Position numbers and translations under genes: made by a program. Of a stretch of 64,000 bases of DNA, positions 49,318 through 61,535 are shown one piece after another. Source of the DNA: Nemertoderma westbladi (lineage: Eukaryota > Animalia > Xenacoelomorpha); the NCBI GenBank assembly GCA_032718475.1, contig JAUCBJ010008770.1, forward strand, positions 28,157 to 92,156. Reading direction: 5' to 3'. The stretch's first letter is position 1; each line of letters opens with the position of its first letter. The notes under the pieces are model-generated. The model was not told the origin of the DNA. It worked only from the letters and a program-made list of their open reading frames with translations, and did no database searches.

Positions 49318-50036
49318 AGCAGCCAGTTCTCCGTCCTAACTCGTCGGAATCGCTCCGATAACTCGCGGTGCTCTAACAAGGCTGCCAAAACCCTGTCGTA
49401 AATCCTCGTTGCTACGTCGCTCGACTGAGACTCTACTGCCTTCTTCGCTAGGACTGCAAGCTCCTCCGTCTGCTTGAATAACGCTGAGTTATATCCTCTT
49501 CTAATCTCTACTAACTCTACCCTCCCGATGTTCGCTGGGTCAGCTAACATCTTCCTTACCTTGTCCGCCGTCCGAGTTATATGTCCGGCATGCGCGCGAA
49601 GTTTCTTCTTTATCGCGATATCAAGTTCTCTCTCGCTTACCTGACTCACACTTGGTGGACTTGAAGGATTATTTCGGGAACTACGGGTACTCCTAACAGC
49701 CGTTGGGACCACGGCACTTACCATACCCACAGGTCTGGAAACCGGGCTCCGGGCTCTCGCTTCTACTACACTACCCTCCCTATCACTCACCTCTGTCCGG
49801 GCTGCCGTACAGTCCTTCCTATCAGTAGTGGTAGGGGATCCTAATACTATTACCTGAGGCTGCTGTTCTTCCTCACTAGTCACTGTCTCGTCCTCCTGTT
49901 CACTTACGTCAGCGTCGCTCGCTGCATCGTCATAGTCGGCATTGTCATCAACAGTAATATTTACGCTATCGTCAGTCGGCGGTCCAGCCGCCGTCTCATA
50001 GCTGTCCTCTAGTGCCTCTTTGTCTGAGACACTCAT
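49287..50036 (-). CDS. N-terminal Gag segment separated from the main ORF by a frameshift
   Basis: 249-aa ORF overlapping the gag-pol start; one extra base near 49330 would fuse them (RTE-ELAAMGIT). Confidence 0.7.
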   Translation of the reverse strand: MSVSDKEALEDSYETAAGPPTDDSVNITVDDNADYDDAASDADVSEQEDETVTSEEEQQPQVIVLGSPTTTDRKDCTAARTEVSDREGSVVEARARSPVSRPVGMVSAVVPTAVRSTRSSRNNPSSPPSVSQVSERELDIAIKKKLRAHAGHITRTADKVRKMLADPANIGRVELVEIRRGYNSALFKQTEELAVLAKKAVESQSSDVATRIYDRVLAALLEHRELSERFRRVRTENWLLWASQTQRLR

Positions 50037-51257
50037 AGTCTAAATAATATTTGCCTTCCGGCAAAAATCTCGCAAAAGTTCGAGATATAATTATAATTTA
50101 ACCGAAATACGGTCAAATTATTTGTCAAATAATCAGTTGGTCCAAATGTCAAATAAATTCGCAATGCAATATTGTGAATTTAATGGGGTATATAGTTATA
50201 GCAAATACTAACACAATATTTAAACAAAATATTATTATATAGCTACTATATAGTATTAAATACCGGTATAGCACAAAATAACTTTTGAATCTAATACAAA
50301 ATATTCAAAATAAACTTGCCACCCGAATATTTCCAATTTTATATATAGCTCTAATCAACGCAATTTTAGTTTCAAATATTATATGTATCCACTAGCGCGT
50401 GGCTACATCTTCGGGTTGCGACTCTCTCTAACTCTCTCTCTAACTTGAGCGATTCAAAAAACCATGACCGGCTAAACCTAAATATCCTAACTAATAAACT
50501 GAGTTCAGCTTCGCAGTTAAACAACCGATAATTTTTTACTGCTTCCACAAACACAATGGTGCCAACAGAACAACTAACCTTGTTTGCTGTGAGATTCCAC
50601 GTCCGCGTCCAAAGATTCAGGCCCTTCGCTGATTGCAAACCGAACCCGCAGACCCACACGAACCCCAAACTCAGAAGTTCCGCCTTGCCATGTATCTCCA
50701 GATGGTATAAAATAACTAAGCGGTTACCTAACATACCGGTACAAAACTCTAGAATTTTACAAAATAATTTTGACCAAAACTGAATTCTCGCAAACCTAGC
50801 TAAAATTTTTCAAAAAACTTACTAATTACAGTTTGCCCTAAGGCCTAAGGAACTGCTGTATTCGCAATTAGCAAAACGCACTACCGTACATTCACTGTAT
50901 GCAGTACAGTAAGTAAAACAGTACACCAACCTAACAGCCTAATGATACTGTGTGTGGTACGGCAAACAAATGTCCTTCTACCGTCCGCAGTAACAACAAT
51001 CAGCCTAATGTACTACTGTACTATTGTACGCAGCCAGTGAATACAGTAATCTAAACTAACAGCCTAACAGAATATACTTAATGTCTTACTGTACGCTAGC
51101 CTATAGCCTACAGCAGACGATCACGTGCTCTAACTTATTGCCTAATACTATGATACTACTATCAGCCTAAGAATACTCTATGTCTCACCGTACGCAGTAC
51201 AGTACCTAATACAGTAATCTAATTCGTATTTACTGTACGCAGTACAGCAAAACAATC

Positions 51258-51267
51258 CGCGTATTAC
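51258..51267 (-). promoter_or_regulatory. Candidate self-priming primer-binding site
   Basis: Transcript-sense GTAATACGCG abuts the 5' LTR and is the exact complement of CGCGTATTAC inside the LTR (plus 52308-52317; 35518-35527). No TGG tRNA-type PBS is present. Confidence 0.55.
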
Positions 51268-53447
51268 TGATAAACAACCGCGACCTCTATACTAACAGCA
51301 GAACTGTTGAACAGAACAATACCCATTAATATCCTTCTGCCAACCTAATGAGTTCTCGTCTAACCAATAAGACACAAAGACTGCTCTACTGTTAAGTAAA
51401 GGGGATCAGGAGCGTGCTATTACTAAATTGTAAGGGTTGCTAAATACAAAACCGCTACTTACCGTTAGATGGCGCTAGTCTGCCGTCCGCTAATATATTT
51501 TACTAATTTTACACAACTCCTGCAAAATCGCTTGTTCCTTTCTCTACCGATTGCTCGATAGAGAGCTAACTGTTCGAATCTATGAGCCACGCAGGAATAA
51601 CCAAAACAATAAACCCGAGTCGGCTCCCTAAGCTTACTTAAGACGAGTGCGAGAGGCCTTGCACTCAGAGTATTCTTACGCCTAATTCTATCACTATTAA
51701 AGCACGCTATTACCTACGTCTTTCTAATCGCGAATACTGGAGGTTCCCTAACGTAATGTGTGAATGCGAGAATATTTAAAATATCAAAATGGTACAGTAT
51801 CTGTTTCTACGTGGATAATACCACTCCGAGTCTAAAACTGCCCGCGACTGGCTTTAGGCCAGCAAAATTACTAGCGTATCGTGCGTACCGAATAGTGCGT
51901 TCTAGCTGATTGCCCGCTAATGCAAATAACCGCTCAGCGTGAATAGTTTACAGTACACTAATTATTACCTTAGCTACTCTCCGCTATGCTGCATACTAAT
52001 TCTTAATTTTTTACTAATTAATTACAGTCACAAATATTTAACAGCGTACTAATTACTAAGAGTTCCAGAATACGTAATTCTAATTTATCACGCAACAGGT
52101 TTCGCTAGTAATAGCCTAAATTGCCGTATTACTTTGACCTAATCAATAACTAATTATTGTAACTAAGAAATAGAAATCAATCAAAGGAAAAAGAGCGCCT
52201 ATCTAAGCATTCGTAATCTTAGGCACACTTCAATAACACACCAATCAGCGTTAGAAATCACAGTTTACAATTGTGCAATTCACTACTCGTACTCCACACT
52301 CAACGTTGTAATACGCGCAGGCCTCTCCCAGGTACATCTAGGATTCCTAACTAACCCAATTCCTGCCCCCCTAATACTAAATAGAGACAAAACCTGGATC
52401 ATCAGCCCCCTAGATACTGTACCGGCGATCGGTCTGCGTGCCGCAGTGCAAGATACCCGCCCGCAACGGTGACCCTGGCCAGCGTTGCCCGCTTTGAATC
52501 CTCCGCTCTCTCCTAGTCGCTCAACCCCCCGATGCGCCCACCGCCCACTGGCACCTTAGCCCTCCATGATGCTAATAGCTACCATAGCGGCGCATGCAAA
52601 TCACAAAGTCTGACAGTCTCAGGAATCCCTTAGGATTATTGCGCAGAAAAGAATCACATAGAACCATTAATCAAAGAGTAGAAATCATAGTTCGATTGTA
52701 ATTTGCAGTAATCGAAGGAATTATTGAGAAACACAAGCAAAGTAATCGCACTAGCAAATCATTCCAAGAAATTAATCAAAATTAGCAAATTGCAGAAAAT
52801 ACGATATCCTAATACAAAATTAGAGACAGCTCAGCAAGTAAATTGTAACAGGGGTGTGTCATGTGATAAAGCATGAACATATGAACAACAAAGGCCCTAC
52901 CGGCACACCGCCAATTTATAGGTGATCCCGATGGGGTGATGCAATAAGGTGACTCAATCGCTCTCCCATTGGCTCTCCAGTCCATGCTAGCATTAAACCA
53001 ACCTGGAAGCAGTTAATCCAATAAGGAGACCGGATTGTAGCCCTATGCCCTCAAATTATTACCATATATGGTAATGGATCACGTCTCTGGCTGCTGAATG
53101 GCCAGGACAGCGTCCCTATATGCTAGCCCTATCAAACTAATATCAGCAAGCACAAAATCCAGGGTCCGAGTAAACTCGCTACCCTGGAACTATCTACATA
53201 TATCCTAATACAAAATTACGTAGGTAGGGCTACATACTATACAAAATGAATGGATGCAAAATATATGGGCGTTTTAACTTCCTTACCTAAATGTCACCAC
53301 ACTGCGCCTTATCTAAATAATTATACTGCACAACGGACTAATATTACGTACAGTATAACGGACTAATACTGCATACTGCATAATGGACTAATACTGCATA
53401 CTGCATAATGGACTAATACTGTGGATACAGCGCCATATACCGTAACA
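51268..53447 (-). repeat. 5' LTR (2180 bp)
   Basis: See 3' LTR; contains a ~25-bp tandem repeat (GGACTAATACTGCATACTGCATAAT) near the U3 end. Confidence 0.97.
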
Positions 53448-54240
53448 CTGCTCATGGCAGATCTTGTTTGTTGTTTCTTAACATTTTCATTACATATCGT
53501 ACCCACACCACATAACACATAGCTACTTACACGTGGGCAGTACATAATACAGAACAGATAGAGTATAGTACACTGTATAGATACAGAGATTGTTTCTTAG
53601 TTAGAACTTTTTTATGTATACTCTAAGTGTTTAACGAGTTACTTACTATTTTGTTAAATAGTTAACCTTATTCAACAGTAATGGGGTGGGTGCAAGCGCG
53701 ACTCGTATTCGCCATCATCTGTGGGGCGACTCACTGCCTGAGAGGGTCCCGTACCAAGTACCGCAGTGGGCTGGGGATTGGGAACTGTGCGAGGCTGCCA
53801 ATTTTATGGGCTATGTATGCCTGGATTAAATAATAATAATAATAATCTAAGTAATATGGAACCGATGGCAGTAATCACTTTAGGGTTATTTTTATCAGAC
53901 TATTGCGCAGGCATGATAGGCACTCTAATGTACTATACAGTAGTAGGCCATGATACAGATCGTATGGTGTACAAGTCGGACAGTCATCACATGTACTGTT
54001 TCAGTTTCTATAGTATAATGGCTAGAAAGCTACATGCCTATACCTTCATAAAACTAAAAAAATAACGCGGTTATTAATGTGTTCTGATCATCATACCTAC
54101 CTCCTACACATATCAACTTAGCCAGGAAAGCAATTACTAACTAGCGTAGTACCTACCACGTTCGATAAAAATGTCAATGGCAAAAATTTATTGTCATTCA
54201 GAAGGTAATAAAATCATTTGATGATTATTATAAAATTTAA

Positions 54241-54733
54241 ATGTGCCCAGATTCCCATTTGGTAAATAACTCATCGGCACGGATCATTAGACCCCATTCT
54301 GGAGGTCCAATATACGTCTTTGAAATGCCTCCAATAAGTTCAAGGAAAAAACTATGGCATCAGGGGATTCGTGTTGATGGATGGATATGGGAACATGGTG
54401 GTAGTAAAATTATTAAAATTCCCAAGAAAATGAAACGGTCATACTTTTATATTACCTTAAAGGGTCGTTCAAGTGCACCAGAGAAGTTTAAAAAAAATTG
54501 AACTTAATGTGGAAAATGACCCCAAGTACATATTAATTCATTATATTGGGTCAATAACAGCAGATGAACATGACAGGCCGCATGGGAATGCTAAAGCTCT
54601 TGTACCCCACCATCACTTTAGATCATCTTATCGAGTCAAGGATACGGTGTTAAGTGAAAGTGTCCTTTCTGCTATAATTACATTGCAAACTACAATAAAA
54701 TACCTGACGGTTTCGTTCTTAAATATATTTTGA
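54241..54733 (+). pseudogene. Possible degraded MULE-type transposase N-terminal fragment
   Basis: Frameshifted ORFs with DGWIW...KRSYF...FKK...LIHYIG...PHGNAK, resembling motifs I recall from animal MULE-like proteins; unverified. Confidence 0.4.
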
Positions 54734-55610
54734 GGGGACACGACCCATTTCTCATGTCCTTACAGTGATAATAAATAGATTTTGGAACAACATAACGACA
54801 CTACGAGGAACTGAATGACTTTTACTAATACGTACAAGATGATTTCGCAAAGCCTATATATTATTTGATGAATAAGTTAAATTTGTATAAGTTATTTTAT
54901 AATATACAATGCTCTATATTATGTATACTATATGTTCTCATATAATATTAATATTGCATTGATGTTTCAATATTTACAAATGTATACAAATTCTAATAAA
55001 TATATGCACGGTACAAAAATACATTGTTGCGTTTTTCCTTCCTCTGCGTTTTTCCTCCCTCTCTGGTCAATTTTCCCCGTAATTGTTTTCCCCTCTTGTT
55101 TACAGTCTGTTTTACCCCAGCCCTGAGGGATGATGTATTCTGATCGGGCGTTGTCTTAGCCAATGATAAGCTGGGCTGTAGTGTTTGCTCTAATACACTA
55201 CACACCACCACAAAGGAATGGGGAAACAGTCCTCCATTGCGAAACCAATAATACTCTAATTACCTCTGCCTATTGAGTAATAAACTTGTAATGGCATAAT
55301 GGCACTAATATATATATATTGCATACCACATGTCCAAGGAAGATCGAGGCATGATCCATAAGTCGTGTAAAGGTCATTTTGCCTGGGTAATACTCTACAC
55401 AGTATTCATTTATATAATCTTTGTTGATAATTTGAAATATAAACAAAAAACGTTAATCCCAAATCCCTTTATTCCCAGATCCCAAAGGGACGCGTTAGCA
55501 GAAACAGCCAGTGCTGCTAGTCGGTGGGGTTGACTTGTTGACAAGATGCTATTATGAGGCGTAATGAGATACGCATTGCGTATCTTCTTCAGTGAACCAA
55601 TAATGGCAGA

Positions 55611-56311
55611 TCCCAAATACCTTATTCCCAAATCCCTTATTCCCAAATCCCAAATACCTTACTCCCAAATCCCAAATACCTTATTCCCAAATCCATAATA
55701 CCTTATTCCCAAATCCCAATTACCTTATTTTCAAATCCCAAATACCTTATTCCCAAATCCCTTATTCCCAAATCCCTTATTCCCAAATCCCAAATACCTT
55801 ATTCCCAAATCCCAAATACCTTATTCCTAAATCCCAAATAGCTTATTCCCAAATCCCATATTCCCAAATCCCAAATACCTTATTCCCAAATCCCTTATTC
55901 CCAAATCCCTTATTCCCAAATCCCTTATTCCCAAATCCCTTATTCCCAAATCCCTTATTCCCAAATCCCAAATACCTTATTCCCAAATCCCAAATACCTT
56001 ATTCCCAAATCCCAAATACCTTATTCCCAAATACCTTACTCCCAAATCCCAATTACCTTATTCCCAAATCCCAAATACCTTATTCCCAAATCCCAAATAC
56101 CTTATTCCAAAATCCCTTATTCCCAAATCCCAAATACCTTATTCCTAAATCCCAAATACCTTATTCCTAAATCCCAAATTCCTTATTCCCAAATCCCAAA
56201 TACCTTATTCCCAAATACCTTATTCCCAAATACCTTATTCACAAATACCTTATTCCCAAATACCTTATTCACAAATACCTTATTCACAAATCCCAAATAC
56301 CTTATTCCCAA
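55611..56311. repeat. Variable-unit CCCAAATACCTTATT / CCCAAAT tandem repeat
   Basis: Mixed 7-, 14-, 15- and 22-bp modules; likely the expanded sub-terminal repeat of a DNA transposon. Confidence 0.9.
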
Positions 56312-56393
56312 ATTCACAATTTCTGGGATTTGCGTCCAGTTTCTCCTGGTGAAATATTTTTCTGTGTGTGTCCAGTTTCCCCCCCTATCTGGG

Positions 56394-56823
56394 TCGGTAT
56401 AGCTCATAGTTATACACCTATATAGCTCAATATAGGTCGGTATAACTCTGTATTATACCGATATAGCTCGATATAGGTCGGTATAACTCTATTATACCGA
56501 TATAGGTCGGTATAACTCTGTATTATACCGATATAGCTCGATATAGGTCGGTATAACTCTGTATTATACCGATTAGCTCGATATAGGTCGGTATAACTCT
56601 GTATTATACCGATATAGCTCGATATAGGTCGGTATAACTCTGTATTATACCGATATAGCTCGATATAGGTCGGTATAACTCTGTATTATACCGATATAGC
56701 GCGATATAGGTCGGTATAACTCTGTATTATACCGATATAGCTCGATATAGGTCGGTATAACTCTGTATTATACCGATATAGCTCGATATAGGTCGGTATA
56801 ACTCTGTATTATAACGATATAGC
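56394..56823. repeat. 41-bp minisatellite with internal hairpin (~10 units)
   Basis: Unit TATAGCTCGATATAGGTCGGTATAACTCTGTATTATACCGA; TCGGTATAA/TTATACCGA forms a 9-bp stem. Confidence 0.93.
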
Positions 56824-57809
56824 CGGGTCTTTGTTTTGTACCTTTGGGTTTTTGTTTTGTATTCACCCATGTACGGTAAGTGTTTCCCTTCGTACATTTC
56901 TACGACTACGTTTTTCTATCCTTTCATTTATTGTTAATTCTGTATTAAATATGTGGGAATTCCAAATGTTGAAGTGGCATGATTTTGTTATTTTCTTATC
57001 AGATTTTTGCATGTATAATTTTTGCATTTACGAAGAATTTCATATAATTCTGCTCACGCATATTTTGTTACAATATTTGAAGTAGATAAACAGCATCACT
57101 GTACTACAGTACTGTTGGCAGTTGTTGGCAAATATACGAAATTGCGAGTGATTCAATCAGATTATGCAACAAATATGGGAATAATTTGGAAAGTAGCATC
57201 TGTGGCAGAATGGTATTAAAATTATAAATACCGTGTCATTTCGCCATTCTACTACCGGCTGTAAAACCATATGCATATCTGTAAGAGGTAGGTTTTTACT
57301 TTCACCGATTGATTCTAGTTCGCTATCTAAATTGGATTGCAATAAATTATTCCTGGTTTCTCACACTTTCCCTTAGATTATGGAACAAAATTAGCTGTAA
57401 GGCCAGTCAAGTACAGAATATCAATATAATTTAAAAATTAAAAAATCCAGAAATTGCAATAAATGTTATTCTTTTGGTGATTGTATTTTCGAAATTCGTG
57501 CGAACTTCCAAAATTTCATCTAAAGTTCATGTGAGGTTCTAAAATTGTCACGCTTTTTATTATGTCGCCGGTTTTTATTACCTGGACTCTCTCATCATTT
57601 TTATATTTATCACGCTTTTATGTAAATTTATTCTTTGCGAAAATTTAATGAAGTTACTGGTAAATTTACAGATTAAGACTGATACGCAGACAACTCAGGA
57701 TGTTGTGATACAGGTATTGCTCTTGACAACACATTCAAATTCACAATACATTTCTAACGTTTAGACTGCTTTTCACTACTTCCACTTTTCATTCTAAATT
57801 AAAATTTCT

Positions 57810-58110
57810 AACTGACAGACATACATACAGACATCCTGGATTCCGCTAAAACACAAAAATGACATCAGAAATGAAATCTCCGACCCAACAAACCCCCATA
57901 ACGAAACTTTTAGCTGGTTTAGCTTTGTTTTAATTTGGAGGACCACCAGCAGACAGACAGACAGAGTGATTGACAGACATCCTAGAGTCCACCAAACATA
58001 AAAATTGACTTCGGAAATGAAATCTCCGACACCGAATACCCCCATATCAAAATAATTTCGAGTTAGTTTATCATCCTTACTGACGGACATTATTAAACTG
58101 ACATTCTTTC
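57810..58110. repeat. HINE/DINE-like dispersed repeat fragment
   Basis: (GACA)n tracts each followed by a duplicated GAAATGAAATCTCCGAC...CCCCATA module. Confidence 0.4.
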
Positions 58111-58296
58111 ATATTATGATAATTAAAGGTAATGAATGAGATACTGATTAATGCGGGCTTATTATATGTATGTTATACTAGCTGGTACGTATGTTATACT
58201 AGCTGGTACTAGCCGGTATTTCCTATAATTGTATTGCTAGGCCTACCTAATACAGAATCAGTACCATTAATGTGTATGGTAATTAAAAGAACCGGG

Positions 58297-58659
58297 CCGA
58301 TGTAACAGGCTGAGATAAGACAGGCTAATATGACTCCCCAGTTTTCTCAGCCTAGGCTGAGAACACTCCCCAGTTTTCTCCATAGATTTCTTGATTAACG
58401 GAAAGGAGCAGGTTACAATGGCGGGCTTTTCTAACCAAAACAATAAACGATAACTCAATATCATAGGTTACAGTTTTATTTTTGCAATATACAAATATAA
58501 AACAGGTACGGATATGAATTATAACTCAATTAGGGGAGTCATCTCAGCCAAAGGGGAGTGTTCTCAGCCTAGGCTGAGATAACTGAGGAGTGTTCTCAGT
58601 CTAGACTGAGATGACTGGGGAGTCATTTCAAGAGGGAGTTATCTCAGCCTTGTACACCG
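58297..58659. mobile_element. MITE with CTCAGCCTAGGCTGAG palindromes
   Basis: Imperfect TIR CGATGTAACAGGCTGAGATAA / TTATCTCAGCCTTGTACACCG; mirrored internal repeats. Confidence 0.6.
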
Positions 58660-58867
58660 TTACCGGTTCCGCCAAACCGTGAATAACCGGTACCTAACGT
58701 GAATTAAACTTTTCGAAAAGTGGCCCATAATGAGCGCTCGTTAAAGTTATACACACATGCCAAGTCCCAGCGCAATCCCTCCGGCCGTTTTGGAGGAGCT
58801 CGAGCACAACAGAGAGACAGATAGACAGAAAGTGAGAATTTAACTTTTATAGGTATAGATAATACAC

Positions 58868-59175
58868 GTTCGAGGGGCCTTCGCGCAGCACGAAGTGAGC
58901 AAAGCCTGCCGTTGTCTGCCGTTAGTCAGAAGTCTTCAACACAATACTCGTCCTTCTCTTGCGCCTCGTTACGTTCTTCCGTTTATGACCAAACTTCAGA
59001 TTCTTTCTAAACTTTTGACGGACTACATGCGTACCAAGTTTCGTTTAATTTCATCGAGGAATAACCGAGTTATTAGCGATCAAAAATTTACGACGACGAC
59101 AGACGACGACGACAGACAACTCGCCAATGGCACCCATATGCTAAGGCTTCGCTCACTTCGTGGTTCGCTCCACAG
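58868..59175 (+). mobile_element. Helitron/HINE-like repeat family B, second copy
   Basis: Homologous (inverted) to 282-600. Confidence 0.55.
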
Positions 59176-59709
59176 TATACAGTATATAAAAAAATAAAGA
59201 AGGAAACACTAGATTCTTACACCACACAAACTATAAAATGTTTTTTAGAATCAGGACATTAAGCAAGAGAGGAAATTAGTACTCGTCTGTGACACCGAAA
59301 CGCAAACATATTTTTTAAAACTTATTTATTTTTGCCCTAGTTCTACCCCTTTTACGGCGACAAAAATGTCATATATTTTCTTATAGAATATAAGCTTAGA
59401 TTTCGTGCAGTATACTACCGGTATCATTTAGTGTATAGCGGTTAGGTTTAGGTTAGGGTTGCGATACATACCTGTGTGTTATATGTTGTTTGTTTTTGTT
59501 ATGTTGTTTCGTTTGTGTTTTTTTGGTGGTCCTAGGGCTGAGTACTATTTTGGGCTTAATGTAATAAATTTGGGCTAAATTTTTTTTTATAATTTGTGGG
59601 GTATCAATTGTTATACGTTAGATTTTTTTACAAATCTTTTTTATACGATTCTTTCTTTAAATCACCAGGAAATCTACTCTTGAAAGACTACCGACTACCG
59701 CTACTGAAA

Positions 59710-59913
59710 ATGTACGATTCACCGATGTTCTACTTATCGGCAGTATTGATTTGTCTAACTGGCTTTGCCGAGTCATTAGATTATAATGGCCCATTGAGAG
59801 GAGCACTGAAGCAAGCTGTGTTGGATGAGCACAACTATTATAGAGCAAATCTTCCAGGGAGAATGCAGAATAGCCAACGTCTACCCAGACCCGGTGTACC
59901 GTTGGCGCCTATG
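59710..59913 (+). CDS. CAP/SCP (PR-1/antigen-5/CRISP) family secreted protein, exon 1
   Basis: Signal-peptide-like MFYLSAVLICLTGFAES (alternative start 59725); VLDEHNYYRA motif; ends PM|GTAATT, phase 0. Confidence 0.8.
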
Positions 59914-60790
59914 GTAATTATAATTATTATTACGTGTTATATATGTTTTAGTATTTTTTATTACAAGCAAGATAAAGTAGAATCAAAATTCAGGTGTTTA
60001 AAAAAACAATGTTAAAATATACTATGTTTGGCAGTTATTGAATTGTTGTTGACTGTACCGGTATAACATTACACGACAACACAGGCGTAACATCGTATTA
60101 TTATATAGTAAGTCCTCTTCCTGTACCTTCTTCCTTCTTGAACTGTATATCCTATTATTGGGAAATTATAAATATCAACTAATTATTACGCTACGCCAAT
60201 CTTAATATGAGCATTTTTCCTATTTATGTTTAACTAATACCAGGTGTTTAAAAATCGATTCTAGTAAGTTAGTAGTTAGTATAGTTTATTGCCCATAAAT
60301 AATAATAATAAATCATAATTATAGACCAATAATAAAATTAATTAAATTTCCATCTAGTTATAGGCACAAGGCCAAGCATATATACAGTAGATGCTGTATA
60401 TTATAATAAAAAGTCAAGTCCAAATGTCGAATATACATAATAACCAATATTATATTACATTGACCAATCTCCAACCAACCAAAACGCACAACATTCACTA
60501 AACATAATAAAATAAAATATATTTATGAACCTGAAAGTCAAGCTACAAAATTCAACGTTCAGTGATTTATGGACTTTTATAGAGAAGTTCGAAAATGTTT
60601 GTACATAGTTGCTTATTGATTATAGTCATAGATAGATTGAATATTTGCAGGAATAATAGGTTATGATACTCCTACAAAATGATAATTATTATAGGTCAGC
60701 ACCCCATACTTGCTACACGTGAGTAAAAACAAGCATACATAGGCCTACACTATGCCGGCATACTATTGTACATAATTCGTGCTGTTTCAG

Positions 60791-60908
60791 GTTTGGGATG
60801 ACACTCTTGCATCGCATGCATATGATTATTCAAAGTGGTGCAATGGACTTCCCCAAGGACAATTACCATGGTACGATGGCAGCCCTGTTGGACAAAGCAT
60901 CTATAGAT
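60791..60908 (+). CDS. CAP/SCP protein, exon 2 (gene continues beyond what is visible)
   Basis: tttcag|VWDDTLASHAYDYSKWC...VGQSIY matches the CAP motifs W-D-x2-LA-x2-A-x2-Y-x3-C and G(E/Q)N(I/L)-like; donor GTGAGT at 60909. Confidence 0.8.
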
Positions 60909-61535
60909 GTGAGTTATTTAATATATTTGTGGTTAATGTAAGTAAGTAATGAATATTTACGTTAATATTTTTATTAATTTTTGCTCCATTACTATAATTT
61001 TTAATCTTAGGTAATAATTTAAGAATTACATATAATTTGTAAGTAATTGGGGTGGAAAGTGTAACGCTCAGTGAACTTGAAACACGTTTGGACACTGTTA
61101 GAATTTAGGAATGTCAAACCTTTTCTATACTCCACCAATAGATGTTGAGTCGTTAAAAACAGGCTTGTTCTTTGGTGAATTCAAATTTCCCGCACTTGCT
61201 GATGGTGTGAGGGTTTGGAAGAAATGACTCGCAGGTTACAGGAGTGGCGGACAAACACTAATTATATAAATGTCATGTAGTAAGTAGTAATCCTATCCCC
61301 AGGTCAAAATCTATGAAATTTACCGGAATATCCGTCATTCTTCATTGCCATAGGCACGAACGTGCGCAAATAAATGGTTACAAATGAGATCTTTTATTTT
61401 ATTTTTTTACGCAAATCATATTTTTCCAAACCAATAAACCAAACCTAAGCCACCAGGTTCCAGTAAGACCTTCCTGATATAAACCAGGTGGTGTCTACTG
61501 GATAACAATACAAAAATCATTTAAACTGGGAGGTT

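Larger units (their letters stand above)
34478..53447 (-). mobile_element. Full-length BEL/Pao LTR retrotransposon with extra ORF (18,970 bp)
   Basis: TG...CA LTRs; 5-bp TSD CTGCT (34473-34477, 53448-53452); gag-PR-RT-RH-IN order with Pao-type motifs. Confidence 0.97.

Noticed and set aside
50555-50570. TGGTGCC as a tRNA PBS
   Set aside because: Wrong strand and about 700 bp from the LTR.
55611-56311. Telomeric repeat
   Set aside because: Irregular CCCAAAT-based modules at an internal position; not TTAGG or TTAGGG.
56394-56823. Palindromic repeat resembling CRISPR direct repeats
   Set aside because: No unique spacers; simple minisatellite.
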